From Spirochaetia bacterium (GTDB lineage Bacteria > Spirochaetota > Spirochaetia > CAKZLE01): a DNA stretch of 64,000 bases. The position numbers were made by a program, and so were the translations under genes. The notes below the pieces were generated by a model. That model did no database searches. It had not been told where the DNA came from and was given only the letters and a program-made list of their open reading frames with translations. This document shows, one piece after another, positions 48,922-58,406 of this stretch. Where the stretch lies: positions 1,152,001 to 1,216,000 of the forward strand of contig OY782041.1 in NCBI GenBank assembly GCA_963677595.1, in the 5' to 3' direction. Position 1 is the stretch's first letter. Each line of letters starts with the position of its first letter.

Positions 48922-49966
48922 CCTGTATCCAAAATGCCAGGCGTTCAGACTGCTCCTTCGTGAGTTTGCTGCCCATCCTGCTTATGATCCTCGCCAGGTT
49001 CTTGACCTGGGGAAGATCACCCTGCTTGTAGAAACAGCTCATCAGCGTGAACTGTATGCCAACGTCCTCTGGATTGTTCTTCGCGACCTCCTTGAGGAGC
49101 TCACAGGTCTCATCCGCCCTTCCCTGCTCCATATAACTGTAGGCCAGGTGCTTCACGATCGAGAGATCGGAACCGAAGGTCTGCACCTGCAGCTCAAGGA
49201 TTTCGATGACCTTCTTTCGGTAGATCGGGATGATGTCATCATCGAGCAGCCCGGAATCGACATAGTTCTCATAGAGGGTGATCAGGTTCTCGAGGTTCTC
49301 CTTCGTCAGGTCCTCGGCAGCCTTGTCCCTGCCGTCCCTGATAGCCTGCTCGAACCGATTCTCCAGGTAGTTCAGGGTCGTCGCCGTATAATGGACGACC
49401 TCCGGGTCCTCATCCTCCAGCCCCTGCTTGAGTGTCCTGCAGTTCTGCACGACATCGGCGGAGAGCAGGTCTACGATCACTCCCTTCTTGTTGATCGCAT
49501 CGGAATAGGTGAAGACCCCGGACATATCCATGAGCTTCGCCACCTGTGCGAAATCGACGGTCTCCTTCTGCTCGTACTTCATCTCGGCCTCTTCGGCATA
49601 TGCGTGCTTGAACTCCTGCTGGACGAGCTTCATGCCGACGAAATAGAGGACGATATAAGAGATGCTGTAGATCAGCCCCCCCATTCCGGGGATGACGAGG
49701 AAGAGGACGGGGGAGATGTTCCGCGTCTGCGGGGAGGAGCGCTTGCGGATGACCAGGATCCCGCCGAAGAGGGCGGCATGGACCAGGAGCAGCACGGCGA
49801 TGCTTGAGTCGACCTGCTGCACGAAGGTGAAGTAGTAGTAGAAGATGATGAGCATGAGGTCGACGAGCCCGATGCATACGATGATCAGGGGATAGATCCA
49901 GGGGTTGCTCGTATAGGTGAAGTAGAGTTTCTGTATCTCATCCCGGTTCATCGCAGTGTCGGCCAT
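48878..49966 (-). CDS. pelE: PelE-like membrane protein with HEAT/TPR-like region
   Basis: N-terminal TMs (PGMGG), LKQGLEDEDPEVVHY.A, YVDSGLL, TPR-like C-terminus; directly upstream of pelF. Confidence 0.7.
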   Translation of the reverse strand: MADTAMNRDEIQKLYFTYTSNPWIYPLIIVCIGLVDLMLIIFYYYFTFVQQVDSSIAVLLLVHAALFGGILVIRKRSSPQTRNISPVLFLVIPGMGGLIYSISYIVLYFVGMKLVQQEFKHAYAEEAEMKYEQKETVDFAQVAKLMDMSGVFTYSDAINKKGVIVDLLSADVVQNCRTLKQGLEDEDPEVVHYTATTLNYLENRFEQAIRDGRDKAAEDLTKENLENLITLYENYVDSGLLDDDIIPIYRKKVIEILELQVQTFGSDLSIVKHLAYSYMEQGRADETCELLKEVAKNNPEDVGIQFTLMSCFYKQGDLPQVKNLARIISRMGSKLTKEQSERLAFWIQDETETSEEAAGQTL

Positions 49967-50002
49967 ACGTACCCCTCTGTGTATTCATCTCCCGTTGTAA
50001 TG

Positions 50003-50031
50003 ACTATACCATACAACACTACGGTGAGCAA
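50003..50031 (-). promoter_or_regulatory. promoter of pelE-F-G
   Basis: TTGCTC-17 nt-TATAGT with extended TG. Confidence 0.6.
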
Positions 50032-50077
50032 TCAATTGACTCTTTTCATCTTCCCCGGAATGGGGTAGAATCCCTCC

Positions 50078-50581
50078 ATGGACTACTCGATACGGTATGC
50101 TGAGATCAGGGATGCAGAAGCCCTCAGGGATCTCTATAACCACTATATACGGACCTCTATCGCCACCTTCGACCTGAAGGAGAAGACGACAGAGGAACGC
50201 GTCTCGTGGATCATTGACCATGACCCGTCCAGCCGCCACAAGCTCATCGTAGGCGAGGAGGCAGGGACCGGGGCGATCGTCGGGTTCAGCGCCAGCAGCT
50301 CCTTCAGGCCGAAGGCAGCCTATGACACATCGGTCGAGACCAGCATCTATGTACACCCTGAGTACTACGGGCACAAGATCGGCTTCACCCTCTACTCACG
50401 GCTCTTCGAGCTCCTCGCGCAAGAGGATGTGCATCGGGCATATGCCTGCCTCGCAGTCCCCAACGAACCCTCCCTGAAGCTCCACAAGCGGCTCGGGTTC
50501 ATCGAGGTCGGGTACTTCACCGAGTCAGGCTATAAGCTCGGGGCCTTTCGCGATATCCAGTGGCTTGAGAAACGTCTTTGA
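50078..50581 (+). CDS. GNAT N-acetyltransferase (Pat/YncA family)
   Basis: YNHYI..S.ATFD, FRPKAAYD.SVE.SIYV, PNEPS.KLH..LGF. Confidence 0.9.
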   Translation: MDYSIRYAEIRDAEALRDLYNHYIRTSIATFDLKEKTTEERVSWIIDHDPSSRHKLIVGEEAGTGAIVGFSASSSFRPKAAYDTSVETSIYVHPEYYGHKIGFTLYSRLFELLAQEDVHRAYACLAVPNEPSLKLHKRLGFIEVGYFTESGYKLGAFRDIQWLEKRL

Positions 50582-50588
50582 CTTTTTC

Positions 50589-50617
50589 TTGACATAACCG
50601 CCCCTGTTACGTAGTCT
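50589..50617 (+). promoter_or_regulatory. promoter of small ORF-APC operon
   Basis: TTGACA-17 nt-TAGTCT. Confidence 0.65.
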
Positions 50618-50669
50618 GTAAAACATAGTATACATACGGCTTTCACACATGAGGGGAAAGGGTACACAT

Positions 50670-50822
50670 ATGGGAACACATGAGATCATCGGGGTCGTGA
50701 CGACTATCGTATCGGCGATCGTCATCATCATCCTTGCAGCCACCAGTATTTCACGGGTCAATCAGATAGACAGGAACAACTATTCGAACATCCGCCAGCT
50801 CTACAAGAGGTCCCCTAGATGA
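50670..50822 (+). CDS. unannotated 50-aa single-pass membrane protein
   Basis: MGTHEIIGVVTTIVSAIVIIILAATSISRVNQIDRNNYSNIRQLYKRSPR; purine-rich RBS region; stop overlaps the next start (ATGA). Confidence 0.7.
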   Translation: MGTHEIIGVVTTIVSAIVIIILAATSISRVNQIDRNNYSNIRQLYKRSPR

Positions 50823-53086
50823 GCGGCCCGCAGCATGAGATCAAGACCGAGTTATCACGGGAACTGACCCTCTTCCAGCTGACCATGATGGGCCTCGGGA
50901 TGATGATCGGGGCAGGGGTGTTCCTCGGGATCGGGAATGCCATCTACCATTCCGGGCCTGGGGGTGTCATGCTCACCTTCGGCCTCAACGGGGTCCTTGC
51001 CCTCTTCACCGCCATGTCCTATGCCGAGCTCAGTTCGGCCATCCCGCGGGCAGGTGGCGCATTCAACTTCGCCCGGCTCGCATTCGGGAACGGGACGAGC
51101 TTCATCGCCGGATGGATGGAGTGGTTCGCCTCGAGCATCGCCGGCAGCATGTATGCCATCACCTTCTCCATCTACACCCTCCGGTATTTCGAGACCCTCG
51201 GCTGGCTTCCCCCAGAGGTCTCGGCACTCCTGACGAAACCGGTGGCAGTCGTCGTTGCCCTCCTCTTCCTCTATATCAACTTCAGGGGGGTGTCAGAGAC
51301 GGGGAAGATCGGGGCGATCATGACCCTCGGGCAGACCCTGTTCCTGGTCTTCATCGCAGCAGCCGGGGTGTTCGTCGCGATCAAGGACCCCTCCAGGCTG
51401 GCAAACTTCACCCCCTACCTCCCCAACGGGTGGGGTAAACTCCTGGTCACCATGGGCTTCACCTATGTGGCCTTCGAGGGCTATGAGGTCATAGCCCAGG
51501 CAGGGGATGAGGCAATCGAGCCGAGGAAGAACCTCCCGAAGGCGATGATCCTCTCAGTCACGATCGCGGCCCTCACCTACATCGGTGTCTCCTTCGCCGC
51601 CGTGGTCGCCATCAAGGCAGGCTCGGAGGGGATCGAGATCCCCTGGGTCTGGATCGGTTCGTTCGGGGAGAAGGGGTTCGGCGAGGCTGTCGCCCGCCTG
51701 ATCCCGGCAGGGAACATCCTGCTTACCATCGCCGTCATATTCGCCTCGACCTCGGCACTGAATTCCACGATCTTCTCTGCCACACGGGCCTCCTATGCCC
51801 TCGGCAGGGACCAGATGCTGCCTCCCTTCTTCGCGAAGATCTCGGCGAAGCGGAAGACTCCGGTCGGAGCCCTCGTCTGCACGGCAGGCATCATCATCGT
51901 CGTGGCGGCGTTCCTGCCGACCATGGATGTCGCATCCTCGGCAAGCATCATGTTCCTCTTCCTCTTCTTCCTCGTCAACCTCTGCGTGATCAGGGTCAGG
52001 AACAACATGGGAGATGAGTTGAAGTACGGGTTCATCACCCCGCTCTTCCCCCTCTTCCCGATCCTGGCGGTCATCATGCAGGCAGTACTTGCGGTCTGGC
52101 TGGTCCATATGAGCCTGATCGCCTGGATAGTAGGACCTGCATGGATCCTCGCAGGGATCGTCTTCTACCAGGTCTACGCGAAGCACCATATCACGCTCAC
52201 CGAGGATGACATACACGTCCTCTACGAGGAGACCCCGCCGCAGACCCAGGAGCGGCGCTTCATCGAGCGTATCATGATCCCGATCGCCAACCCGAACAAT
52301 GTCCCGAAGCTCGTGGACATGGCCCAGAAGCTGAGTTCCGATGAGGAGAATACTACCATCGAACTGCTCCATATGGTCTCCGTACCGGACCAGCTGGCAC
52401 TGGCTGAGGCAGACCGGTACATGGCTGACGGACAGGAGGGGCTGCTCGCGGCATCCCAGCTGCTGGAGAAGTTCGTGACCTCGTCAACCATCAGGTACTG
52501 CAGGAACATCGCACGGGGTATCATCTCCACAGCTAAGGAGAACCGGGCGACCATGATCGTCATGGGCTGGCACGGAAGGCACCAGAACAGCCTCTTCACC
52601 ATCGGGAGCACCCTCGACCCCGTCATCTGCCGGGCACCCTGCAACGTGATCATCACCAAGGATGATATCACGAAGCGGACCTATACGAAGATTCTCGTAC
52701 CGCTCTTCGGGAACGTCAATGACGCATTGGCCATGAAGACGGCTGAGTACCTCCTGCCGAAGGAGGGAGGGGTGATCACGGCCCTCTACTTCAATGCTGC
52801 CAGGATGCGGCCGGGTCATATCCACAACATCCTCCACAGGATCATTGACAACCCGGGCATCAGGATCGAGGAGCAAGCCTCGAACAGCAGGCACCGTGAG
52901 CAGGACAAGACGATCCTCGAGGCTACTGCCGGCCATGACCTGATGATCCTCGGCATCAAGGAACCGAGGATGCACCGGCTCGGGCGACCCTCATCCTCCG
53001 AGCGGATCGCACGGAGCTGCAGATCCCCCTTCCTCCTCGTGAAGGCGAACAACCCGATCAGGCGGCTGACGAAACGCTGGCTGTAG
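50819..53086 (+). CDS. APC-family amino-acid permease with C-terminal USP-like domains
   Basis: GMMIGAGVF, YAELSSAIPRAGG, FEGYE, EP.KNLP; cytoplasmic IMIPIANP...IVMGWHG...APCNV. Confidence 0.9.
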   Translation: MSGPQHEIKTELSRELTLFQLTMMGLGMMIGAGVFLGIGNAIYHSGPGGVMLTFGLNGVLALFTAMSYAELSSAIPRAGGAFNFARLAFGNGTSFIAGWMEWFASSIAGSMYAITFSIYTLRYFETLGWLPPEVSALLTKPVAVVVALLFLYINFRGVSETGKIGAIMTLGQTLFLVFIAAAGVFVAIKDPSRLANFTPYLPNGWGKLLVTMGFTYVAFEGYEVIAQAGDEAIEPRKNLPKAMILSVTIAALTYIGVSFAAVVAIKAGSEGIEIPWVWIGSFGEKGFGEAVARLIPAGNILLTIAVIFASTSALNSTIFSATRASYALGRDQMLPPFFAKISAKRKTPVGALVCTAGIIIVVAAFLPTMDVASSASIMFLFLFFLVNLCVIRVRNNMGDELKYGFITPLFPLFPILAVIMQAVLAVWLVHMSLIAWIVGPAWILAGIVFYQVYAKHHITLTEDDIHVLYEETPPQTQERRFIERIMIPIANPNNVPKLVDMAQKLSSDEENTTIELLHMVSVPDQLALAEADRYMADGQEGLLAASQLLEKFVTSSTIRYCRNIARGIISTAKENRATMIVMGWHGRHQNSLFTIGSTLDPVICRAPCNVIITKDDITKRTYTKILVPLFGNVNDALAMKTAEYLLPKEGGVITALYFNAARMRPGHIHNILHRIIDNPGIRIEEQASNSRHREQDKTILEATAGHDLMILGIKEPRMHRLGRPSSSERIARSCRSPFLLVKANNPIRRLTKRWL

Positions 53087-53108
53087 CTGTATGGCACTGG
53101 ATAAACCA

Positions 53109-53140
53109 AGGGGTCGACTCATACCAGTCGACCCCTCTTT
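53109..53140. terminator. terminator hairpin between convergent genes
   Basis: AGGGGTCGACT-CATACC-AGTCGACCCCT (11-bp perfect stem) followed by CTTT. Confidence 0.8.
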
Positions 53141-53160
53141 GATCTCTATTACTTTCCTTA

Positions 53161-53772
53161 TTACCTGTTCAGCATGATCTTGACACCCACCTCATCAGTG
53201 AGGAATGCGATCTGGCTCATCCGGTCGGCATCGGCCTGCCCTGCTGAGAAATCAGCATAGGGTCCGGTGAGGACCTCGAAGGAACCACCCTCCTCGACCA
53301 CCTCGGTGGTGATCTCAAGCTCCTGCAGCTGTGAAGAGAGGGCATCGGCAGCTGCCTGGGAGTCCTCGGTTCCCAACAGGACCCAGTAGAAAGCATCCGG
53401 TTGGGCAGCACCAGCTTCTGGTTGGGCAGCCGGTTCCGGCTCCGGTGCCGGCGCTGGTTCCGGCCCTGCAGCAGTCGTACTCGAAGCGGCGGGCTTCACG
53501 ACTTCCGCAGGTTTCGCGGTCTCCGCGACCGCAGGTGTTTCTTCAGCCGCAGTGTCATCGCCCGGAGGCTCGGCAGCCTCTGTTCCATCAGGTACAGCTG
53601 GTGCGGCAGCAGCTGCCGCGGGGGTCTCAATCGGTTCGTCCGCTGCCTGGACAGCAGAGGCCTGCCGGTCTCCCATCATCTCCAGGTAGGCGATAGCACC
53701 GCCGGAGAGGACAGCGAACAGCAGGGTGAGGACGAACAGGAACCAAAGGAATTTACTTCTCGCCATCATCAA
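53161..53772 (-). CDS. bitopic protein with Ala/Pro/Glu linker and SPOR-like C-terminal domain
   Basis: N-terminal TM, low-complexity linker, YWVLLG...AADAL...FEVLTGPY. Confidence 0.7.
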   Translation of the reverse strand: MMMARSKFLWFLFVLTLLFAVLSGGAIAYLEMMGDRQASAVQAADEPIETPAAAAAAPAVPDGTEAAEPPGDDTAAEETPAVAETAKPAEVVKPAASSTTAAGPEPAPAPEPEPAAQPEAGAAQPDAFYWVLLGTEDSQAAADALSSQLQELEITTEVVEEGGSFEVLTGPYADFSAGQADADRMSQIAFLTDEVGVKIMLNR

Positions 53773-54377
53773 TCTCCTAGCTCAATTCCCCGATCCCGGT
53801 AGAAAGCCGCTAACTGTCTCCTCAGGATCGAGTCTCCATGATTGTTCATTATAACATACAAAGGCTTCCCGTCGAAAAAGTATTTGGGGGCGATACTCCG
53901 CTGGACCCTGTTCCTCCGTATGAAATCAAGGACCGGCATACCCCTGGAACTCGTAGCCCTGATGAACCTGATGAGAGTCGATGCCTGTACATAGAGGACT
54001 GCGTCACAGGCAAGGTTGAGGCGCATCTTATGCAGGATAGCAGCATTGAGCACCGTTCCCATCGGGTAGCGGTCCGTGTCGCGGCCCTCGATCAGTTCAT
54101 GGCACATCCGCACCATCTCCGGGTGGAGCACCGATTCCAGGAATGCCAGGTTGGCAGGGTCGTTGAAGACCCGTTCGGCGAGCTTCCTCCTGCTGATCCT
54201 CCCGCCGGGCTCCTTGCGGATTCCCTCCCCGAAGAACTCCAGCAGGGGTTCACTCGCATGCTTGAGCGCAGCATGGCCGAGGTGGTCCACATCGATCACA
54301 TCCCAGCCCTGCTGCGACATGATCCCGCCTACCCGGTTCTTCCCCGTGCAGAACTTGCCAGTCAGCCCTACGATCAT
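53769..54377 (-). CDS. coaE: dephospho-CoA kinase
   Basis: IVGLTG..CTGK P-loop, IDVD.LGH, RRKL..VF, LES.LHP; follows polA. Confidence 0.9.
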   Translation of the reverse strand: MIVGLTGKFCTGKNRVGGIMSQQGWDVIDVDHLGHAALKHASEPLLEFFGEGIRKEPGGRISRRKLAERVFNDPANLAFLESVLHPEMVRMCHELIEGRDTDRYPMGTVLNAAILHKMRLNLACDAVLYVQASTLIRFIRATSSRGMPVLDFIRRNRVQRSIAPKYFFDGKPLYVIMNNHGDSILRRQLAAFYRDRGIELGD

Positions 54378-57091
54378 CAGTGCATGTCTCCCCAGCTCTC
54401 CCCGAACTCAATGCTGACCCGCAGCGGGACAGAGAGGGTCATGACCTGCTCCATACAGCCCCTCACCAGCTTCTCCATGAGCTCCGTCTCCTCTTCGGGG
54501 ACCTCGAAGATCAATTCATCATGCACCTGCAGGATCATCCTCGAACGGACTCCCTGCCCCTTCATCTCCCTGCTCACAGCGATCATGGCGCTCTTCATGA
54601 TGTCAGCAGCAGTACCCTGGATGGGGGTGTTCACCGCGATCCGCTCCGCCCCGGCCTTCTCGGTCCTGTTCCTGCTCCTGATCCCGGGGATCGCCCGCTC
54701 ATGGCCGCTCAGCGTCTTCACGACCCCGGTTGCCTCGGCATCCTCGACGACCCGTTCCATGAACTTCCTGATACCGGAATACCGGGAGAAGTAGGCCTTG
54801 ATGAACTCATCCGCCTGCTTCCTCGGGATGTCGAGCTCCCGTGAGAGGCGGAAGGCCGACATGCCGTACATGACCCCGAAGTTGATCGTCTTCGCGATCC
54901 TCCGCTGCTCATCAGTCACCTCCTGTGAGGGCACATCGAAGATGAGGGACCCGGTATACCGGTGTACATCGGTGCCTGAACGGAAGGCCTCCTTGAGACC
55001 GGCATCATCAGCAAAATGGGCGAGCACCACCAGTTCGATCTGGGAGTAGTCCGCGGACATGAACCGGTACCCCTCGGAGGGGATGAAGGCTGAACGGATC
55101 CGCCGGCCGTCCTCGCTCCTGATCGGGATGTTCTGCAGGTTCGGGTTCTTGCTCGACAGCCTGCCGGTCGCCGTGCCCGTCTGGACGAGGCTGGTGTGGA
55201 TCCTCTTCGTGCGGGGGTCGATCATGGTCGGGAGGGAGTCGACATAGGTGTTCTTCAGCTTCACGAGACCCCGGTGCTCCAGGATCCAGGAGGGCACCAC
55301 ATCGACCTTGGCCAGCTCCTCCAGCACCGAGGTGTCGGTAGAGTACCCGGTCTTCGTCTTCTTGATCGGGGTAAGCCCCCGCTCATCGAAGAGGATCGCC
55401 TGCAGCTGCTTGGGGGAGTTCATGTTGAAGGTCTTCCCGCACTCCTCGAACACGAGCTGCTCGATGGAACGGATCCGCTCTTCGAGCTCCTTCCCGAAGG
55501 TACTCAGGTTCTCAGGCAGCAGGTACATCCCCTGGAACTCCATATCGGCGATGATGCGCAGCAGCGGCATCTCCATGGAGAAGAAGAGCCCGTCGAGTCC
55601 CCGTGCTCGGAGGGCCTCCGAGAGCACCACATAGAGCCGGTAGGTGATGTCGGCATCCTCAGCGGCGTACTCCGACGCGGTCGAGAGGTCGATCTCCGGG
55701 AAGAGGGAGCCCTTCGGCACGATATCGGAGAACTTGGTGGTCTTGTAGCCGAGATAGGCCTCGGCAAGTCGGTCCATGTTGTAGGTGTTCGCACTCGAGT
55801 CGAGCATCCAGGCGGCGATCATCGTATCGAAGTAGAGGTTGGCGATCTCGATACCCCACCGCCGGAGCACGGTGAAGTCATACTTGATGTTCTGCCCGAT
55901 CACCTGCACCGCAGGATCCTCTAAGAGTGGCCGCAGCATGGCCTTGACCTCATCAGCATCAAGGATCTCCTTACTTCCTGCGACCAGCGGGATGTACCAG
56001 GCTTCCTTCTCGGCATAGCTGACGGAGAACCCCACCGGGACGGCAACCATCGAGTCGATGTCATCCGTCTCGATATCGAAGGCGACCAGCCGGCTGTCCC
56101 GGGCCTTCATGAGCACCTTCCTGAGGGTATCGCTGTCGGTGACCGTCTGAAGCTTCCCCTCACCTGAGAGGGATCGCTTCGCAGTCTCCTTGGTCCGGTC
56201 GGTCGCTCCGACCTCCCCGCGGTCCCCGCCGGCCAGGGTCACCAGGGCCTTGGACCCGATCTTCTGGAAGTGCGGGATCATCTTCGTGTAGTCGCACTGG
56301 GAAGCCAGGAGGTCCTCGATCCCATACTCGATCTCCGCTTCATCATCGAGGACGACCAGCCGCTTGCTCAGCAGCGCAGTCTCGTGATGCTCGAGCAGTT
56401 TCTTCCTGACCGAGGGAGAGGTCTCCCCGACATGCTCATAGACACCCTCCAGGGTCCCATAGGCAGTGAGCAGCTTGACGGCCCCCTTCGGCCCGATACC
56501 CCTGACTCCCGGCACATTGTCCGAGCTGTCCCCGATGAGGGAGAGGTAGTCCACGATCTGTTCAGGCCAGATCCCGAACTCCTCGAACACGGTATCCCGG
56601 TCATACGGGGCCATCTCCCCCTTCTTCGGGCGGATCGCTGAGATACTCCCACCCACGAGCTGCAGCAGGTCCTTGTCGCTGGAGACGATGACGCTGTGCA
56701 GCTGCCGGCGTTCTGCCTTCCGCGCGATCGTGGCAATCAGGTCATCCGCCTCGAACCCGTTCTTCCGGAGGACGGGGACGCCCGCGGCGAGGAGGATCTC
56801 CTCGATCATGGGTATCTGGGCCCGCAGGTCGTCAGGGGTCTTCTCCCGGTTCGCCTTGTACTCACCGTAGAGCTCATGGCGAAAGGTCGGTCCGATCGAG
56901 TCCATCGTCACCACCAGGTGTGACGGCTGCTCGTTCTTTAAGATCGAGAAGAACATCCGGAAGAACCCGAACACTGCGGAGATGTTCTCCCCGTCCTTGT
57001 TCGTCATCGGCCGGTTCATGAAGGCGAAGTATGCCCGGTAGATGAGGCCGTAGCCGTCCATGATCAGTACGCGTTTCTCAGAATCCATCAT
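54377..57091 (-). CDS. polA: DNA polymerase I
   Basis: 5'-3' exonuclease (EADD, GDSSDNVPGV), 3'-5' exonuclease (DIET), TGRLSS.NPNLQNIP, DYSQIEL, KTINFG..YG, QVHDEL. Confidence 0.98.
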   Translation of the reverse strand: MMDSEKRVLIMDGYGLIYRAYFAFMNRPMTNKDGENISAVFGFFRMFFSILKNEQPSHLVVTMDSIGPTFRHELYGEYKANREKTPDDLRAQIPMIEEILLAAGVPVLRKNGFEADDLIATIARKAERRQLHSVIVSSDKDLLQLVGGSISAIRPKKGEMAPYDRDTVFEEFGIWPEQIVDYLSLIGDSSDNVPGVRGIGPKGAVKLLTAYGTLEGVYEHVGETSPSVRKKLLEHHETALLSKRLVVLDDEAEIEYGIEDLLASQCDYTKMIPHFQKIGSKALVTLAGGDRGEVGATDRTKETAKRSLSGEGKLQTVTDSDTLRKVLMKARDSRLVAFDIETDDIDSMVAVPVGFSVSYAEKEAWYIPLVAGSKEILDADEVKAMLRPLLEDPAVQVIGQNIKYDFTVLRRWGIEIANLYFDTMIAAWMLDSSANTYNMDRLAEAYLGYKTTKFSDIVPKGSLFPEIDLSTASEYAAEDADITYRLYVVLSEALRARGLDGLFFSMEMPLLRIIADMEFQGMYLLPENLSTFGKELEERIRSIEQLVFEECGKTFNMNSPKQLQAILFDERGLTPIKKTKTGYSTDTSVLEELAKVDVVPSWILEHRGLVKLKNTYVDSLPTMIDPRTKRIHTSLVQTGTATGRLSSKNPNLQNIPIRSEDGRRIRSAFIPSEGYRFMSADYSQIELVVLAHFADDAGLKEAFRSGTDVHRYTGSLIFDVPSQEVTDEQRRIAKTINFGVMYGMSAFRLSRELDIPRKQADEFIKAYFSRYSGIRKFMERVVEDAEATGVVKTLSGHERAIPGIRSRNRTEKAGAERIAVNTPIQGTAADIMKSAMIAVSREMKGQGVRSRMILQVHDELIFEVPEEETELMEKLVRGCMEQVMTLSVPLRVSIEFGESWGDMH

Positions 57092-57855
57092 TCCTCCCAG
57101 GGTATTTCGATATGCATGCCGTCGTAAGCCGGGGAGATCCCTTCGGGAAGCTCCCGCTCAAGCGCTGCATGTTCCAGGTTGTGGCACATATGGGTCAGGT
57201 ACGCCCCTCCCGGGGCGATCCTCCGTATGGCACCCACCGCCTCCCTCACCGAGTAGTGGGTCGGGTGCGGTTCATGCCTGAGTGCCCCGATGATCAGCAC
57301 ATCGAGGCCGGCAAGCAGCGGGTAACTCGATTCCGGGATACCGCTGCAGTCGGTCAGGTAGGCGAAGCTGCCGAACCGGTACCCGTAGATGAGCCTCTTC
57401 CCGTGGTAGATGGGTACGGGGATGATCGGCAGCCCGTCGATGACGATCCCCTCATCACCGAGTGTCCGGAGGTCAAGCGAGGGGACCCCTCCGCCGGGGA
57501 TCTCCGATGCGAAGATGTAGGAGAACCGGGTGCGGATCTGCCCCAGCACGTCCTCAGCCCCGTAGACCGGCAGGGGCTCATCCCGGGAGAAGACCCGCAG
57601 GTCATCGATCCCGAAGAGGTGGTCAGCATGGTCGTGGGTGTAGAAGACCGCATCGAGCGATGTGACCGCCTCCCGGATCGCCTGGAGCCTGAACTCCTGC
57701 CCGGTATCGACGACGAATCGGTGATCTCCGTGCTCGATCATGACCGAGGACCGGGTCCTCGTGTTCCTCGGGTCTGCAGAGGTGCAGACCGAACATCGGC
57801 AGCCGATGACCGGGATACCGTGCGACGTCCCCGTTCCCAGGCAGGTCACTCTCAT
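57088..57855 (-). CDS. MBL-fold hydrolase (PhnP-like)
   Basis: LGTGTS.GIP.IGC.C..C, THDHADH, AYLTD, THMCH. Confidence 0.9.
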   Translation of the reverse strand: MRVTCLGTGTSHGIPVIGCRCSVCTSADPRNTRTRSSVMIEHGDHRFVVDTGQEFRLQAIREAVTSLDAVFYTHDHADHLFGIDDLRVFSRDEPLPVYGAEDVLGQIRTRFSYIFASEIPGGGVPSLDLRTLGDEGIVIDGLPIIPVPIYHGKRLIYGYRFGSFAYLTDCSGIPESSYPLLAGLDVLIIGALRHEPHPTHYSVREAVGAIRRIAPGGAYLTHMCHNLEHAALERELPEGISPAYDGMHIEIPWEE

Positions 57856-57857
57856 GG

Positions 57858-58364
57858 CTATTGGCTGACCAGGTCCTTGAGGACAGTCTCGAGCCCGTCG
57901 AAACCGCTCTGGAGATACTGCCTGATGATGCTCATGGCATCCTCGAAATCGACATCGGTCATGACGGTATGGAGTTGGTTCTTCAGGATGTTCGTATCGA
58001 GTTCCCCGAAGTCGACGGTCCCCTCAAGGGTATCGACGAAGGCCTCGACGGCGTTCGCCCCGGACTTGATCGCCTGGCTCGAGGCCTCGATCAGATCCTC
58101 TTTGCTGATCTGGTTGAGCACGTACTCGATCTCGTCGGCTGTGGCCCCGGACCGCTCATAGCTGTTCTTAATATTGTAGAGGAGCTCGTTCAGCCGCTCT
58201 TCCTGCTCGGCCTTGCTCATTGTATAGTTCGTGGTGTCCCAGCTGATGGTGAAGAGTCTCTCAGACAGCTCAGGCATGAAGAAATAGATGAAGCTCACGA
58301 TCACCACGGCTATAGTGAGAAGTGTGACAAATTTCGCAAACAGCGTAGTTCTCTTCTTCGCCAT
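57858..58364 (-). CDS. hypothetical membrane-anchored helical protein
   Basis: basic N-terminus + TM + acidic helical region; AAGGAG SD; abuts the next gene. Confidence 0.75.
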   Translation of the reverse strand: MAKKRTTLFAKFVTLLTIAVVIVSFIYFFMPELSERLFTISWDTTNYTMSKAEQEERLNELLYNIKNSYERSGATADEIEYVLNQISKEDLIEASSQAIKSGANAVEAFVDTLEGTVDFGELDTNILKNQLHTVMTDVDFEDAMSIIRQYLQSGFDGLETVLKDLVSQ

Positions 58365-58406
58365 ACGTACTCCTTGTGCTCAGAATACTCATAATTCAGG
58401 CGGAGT

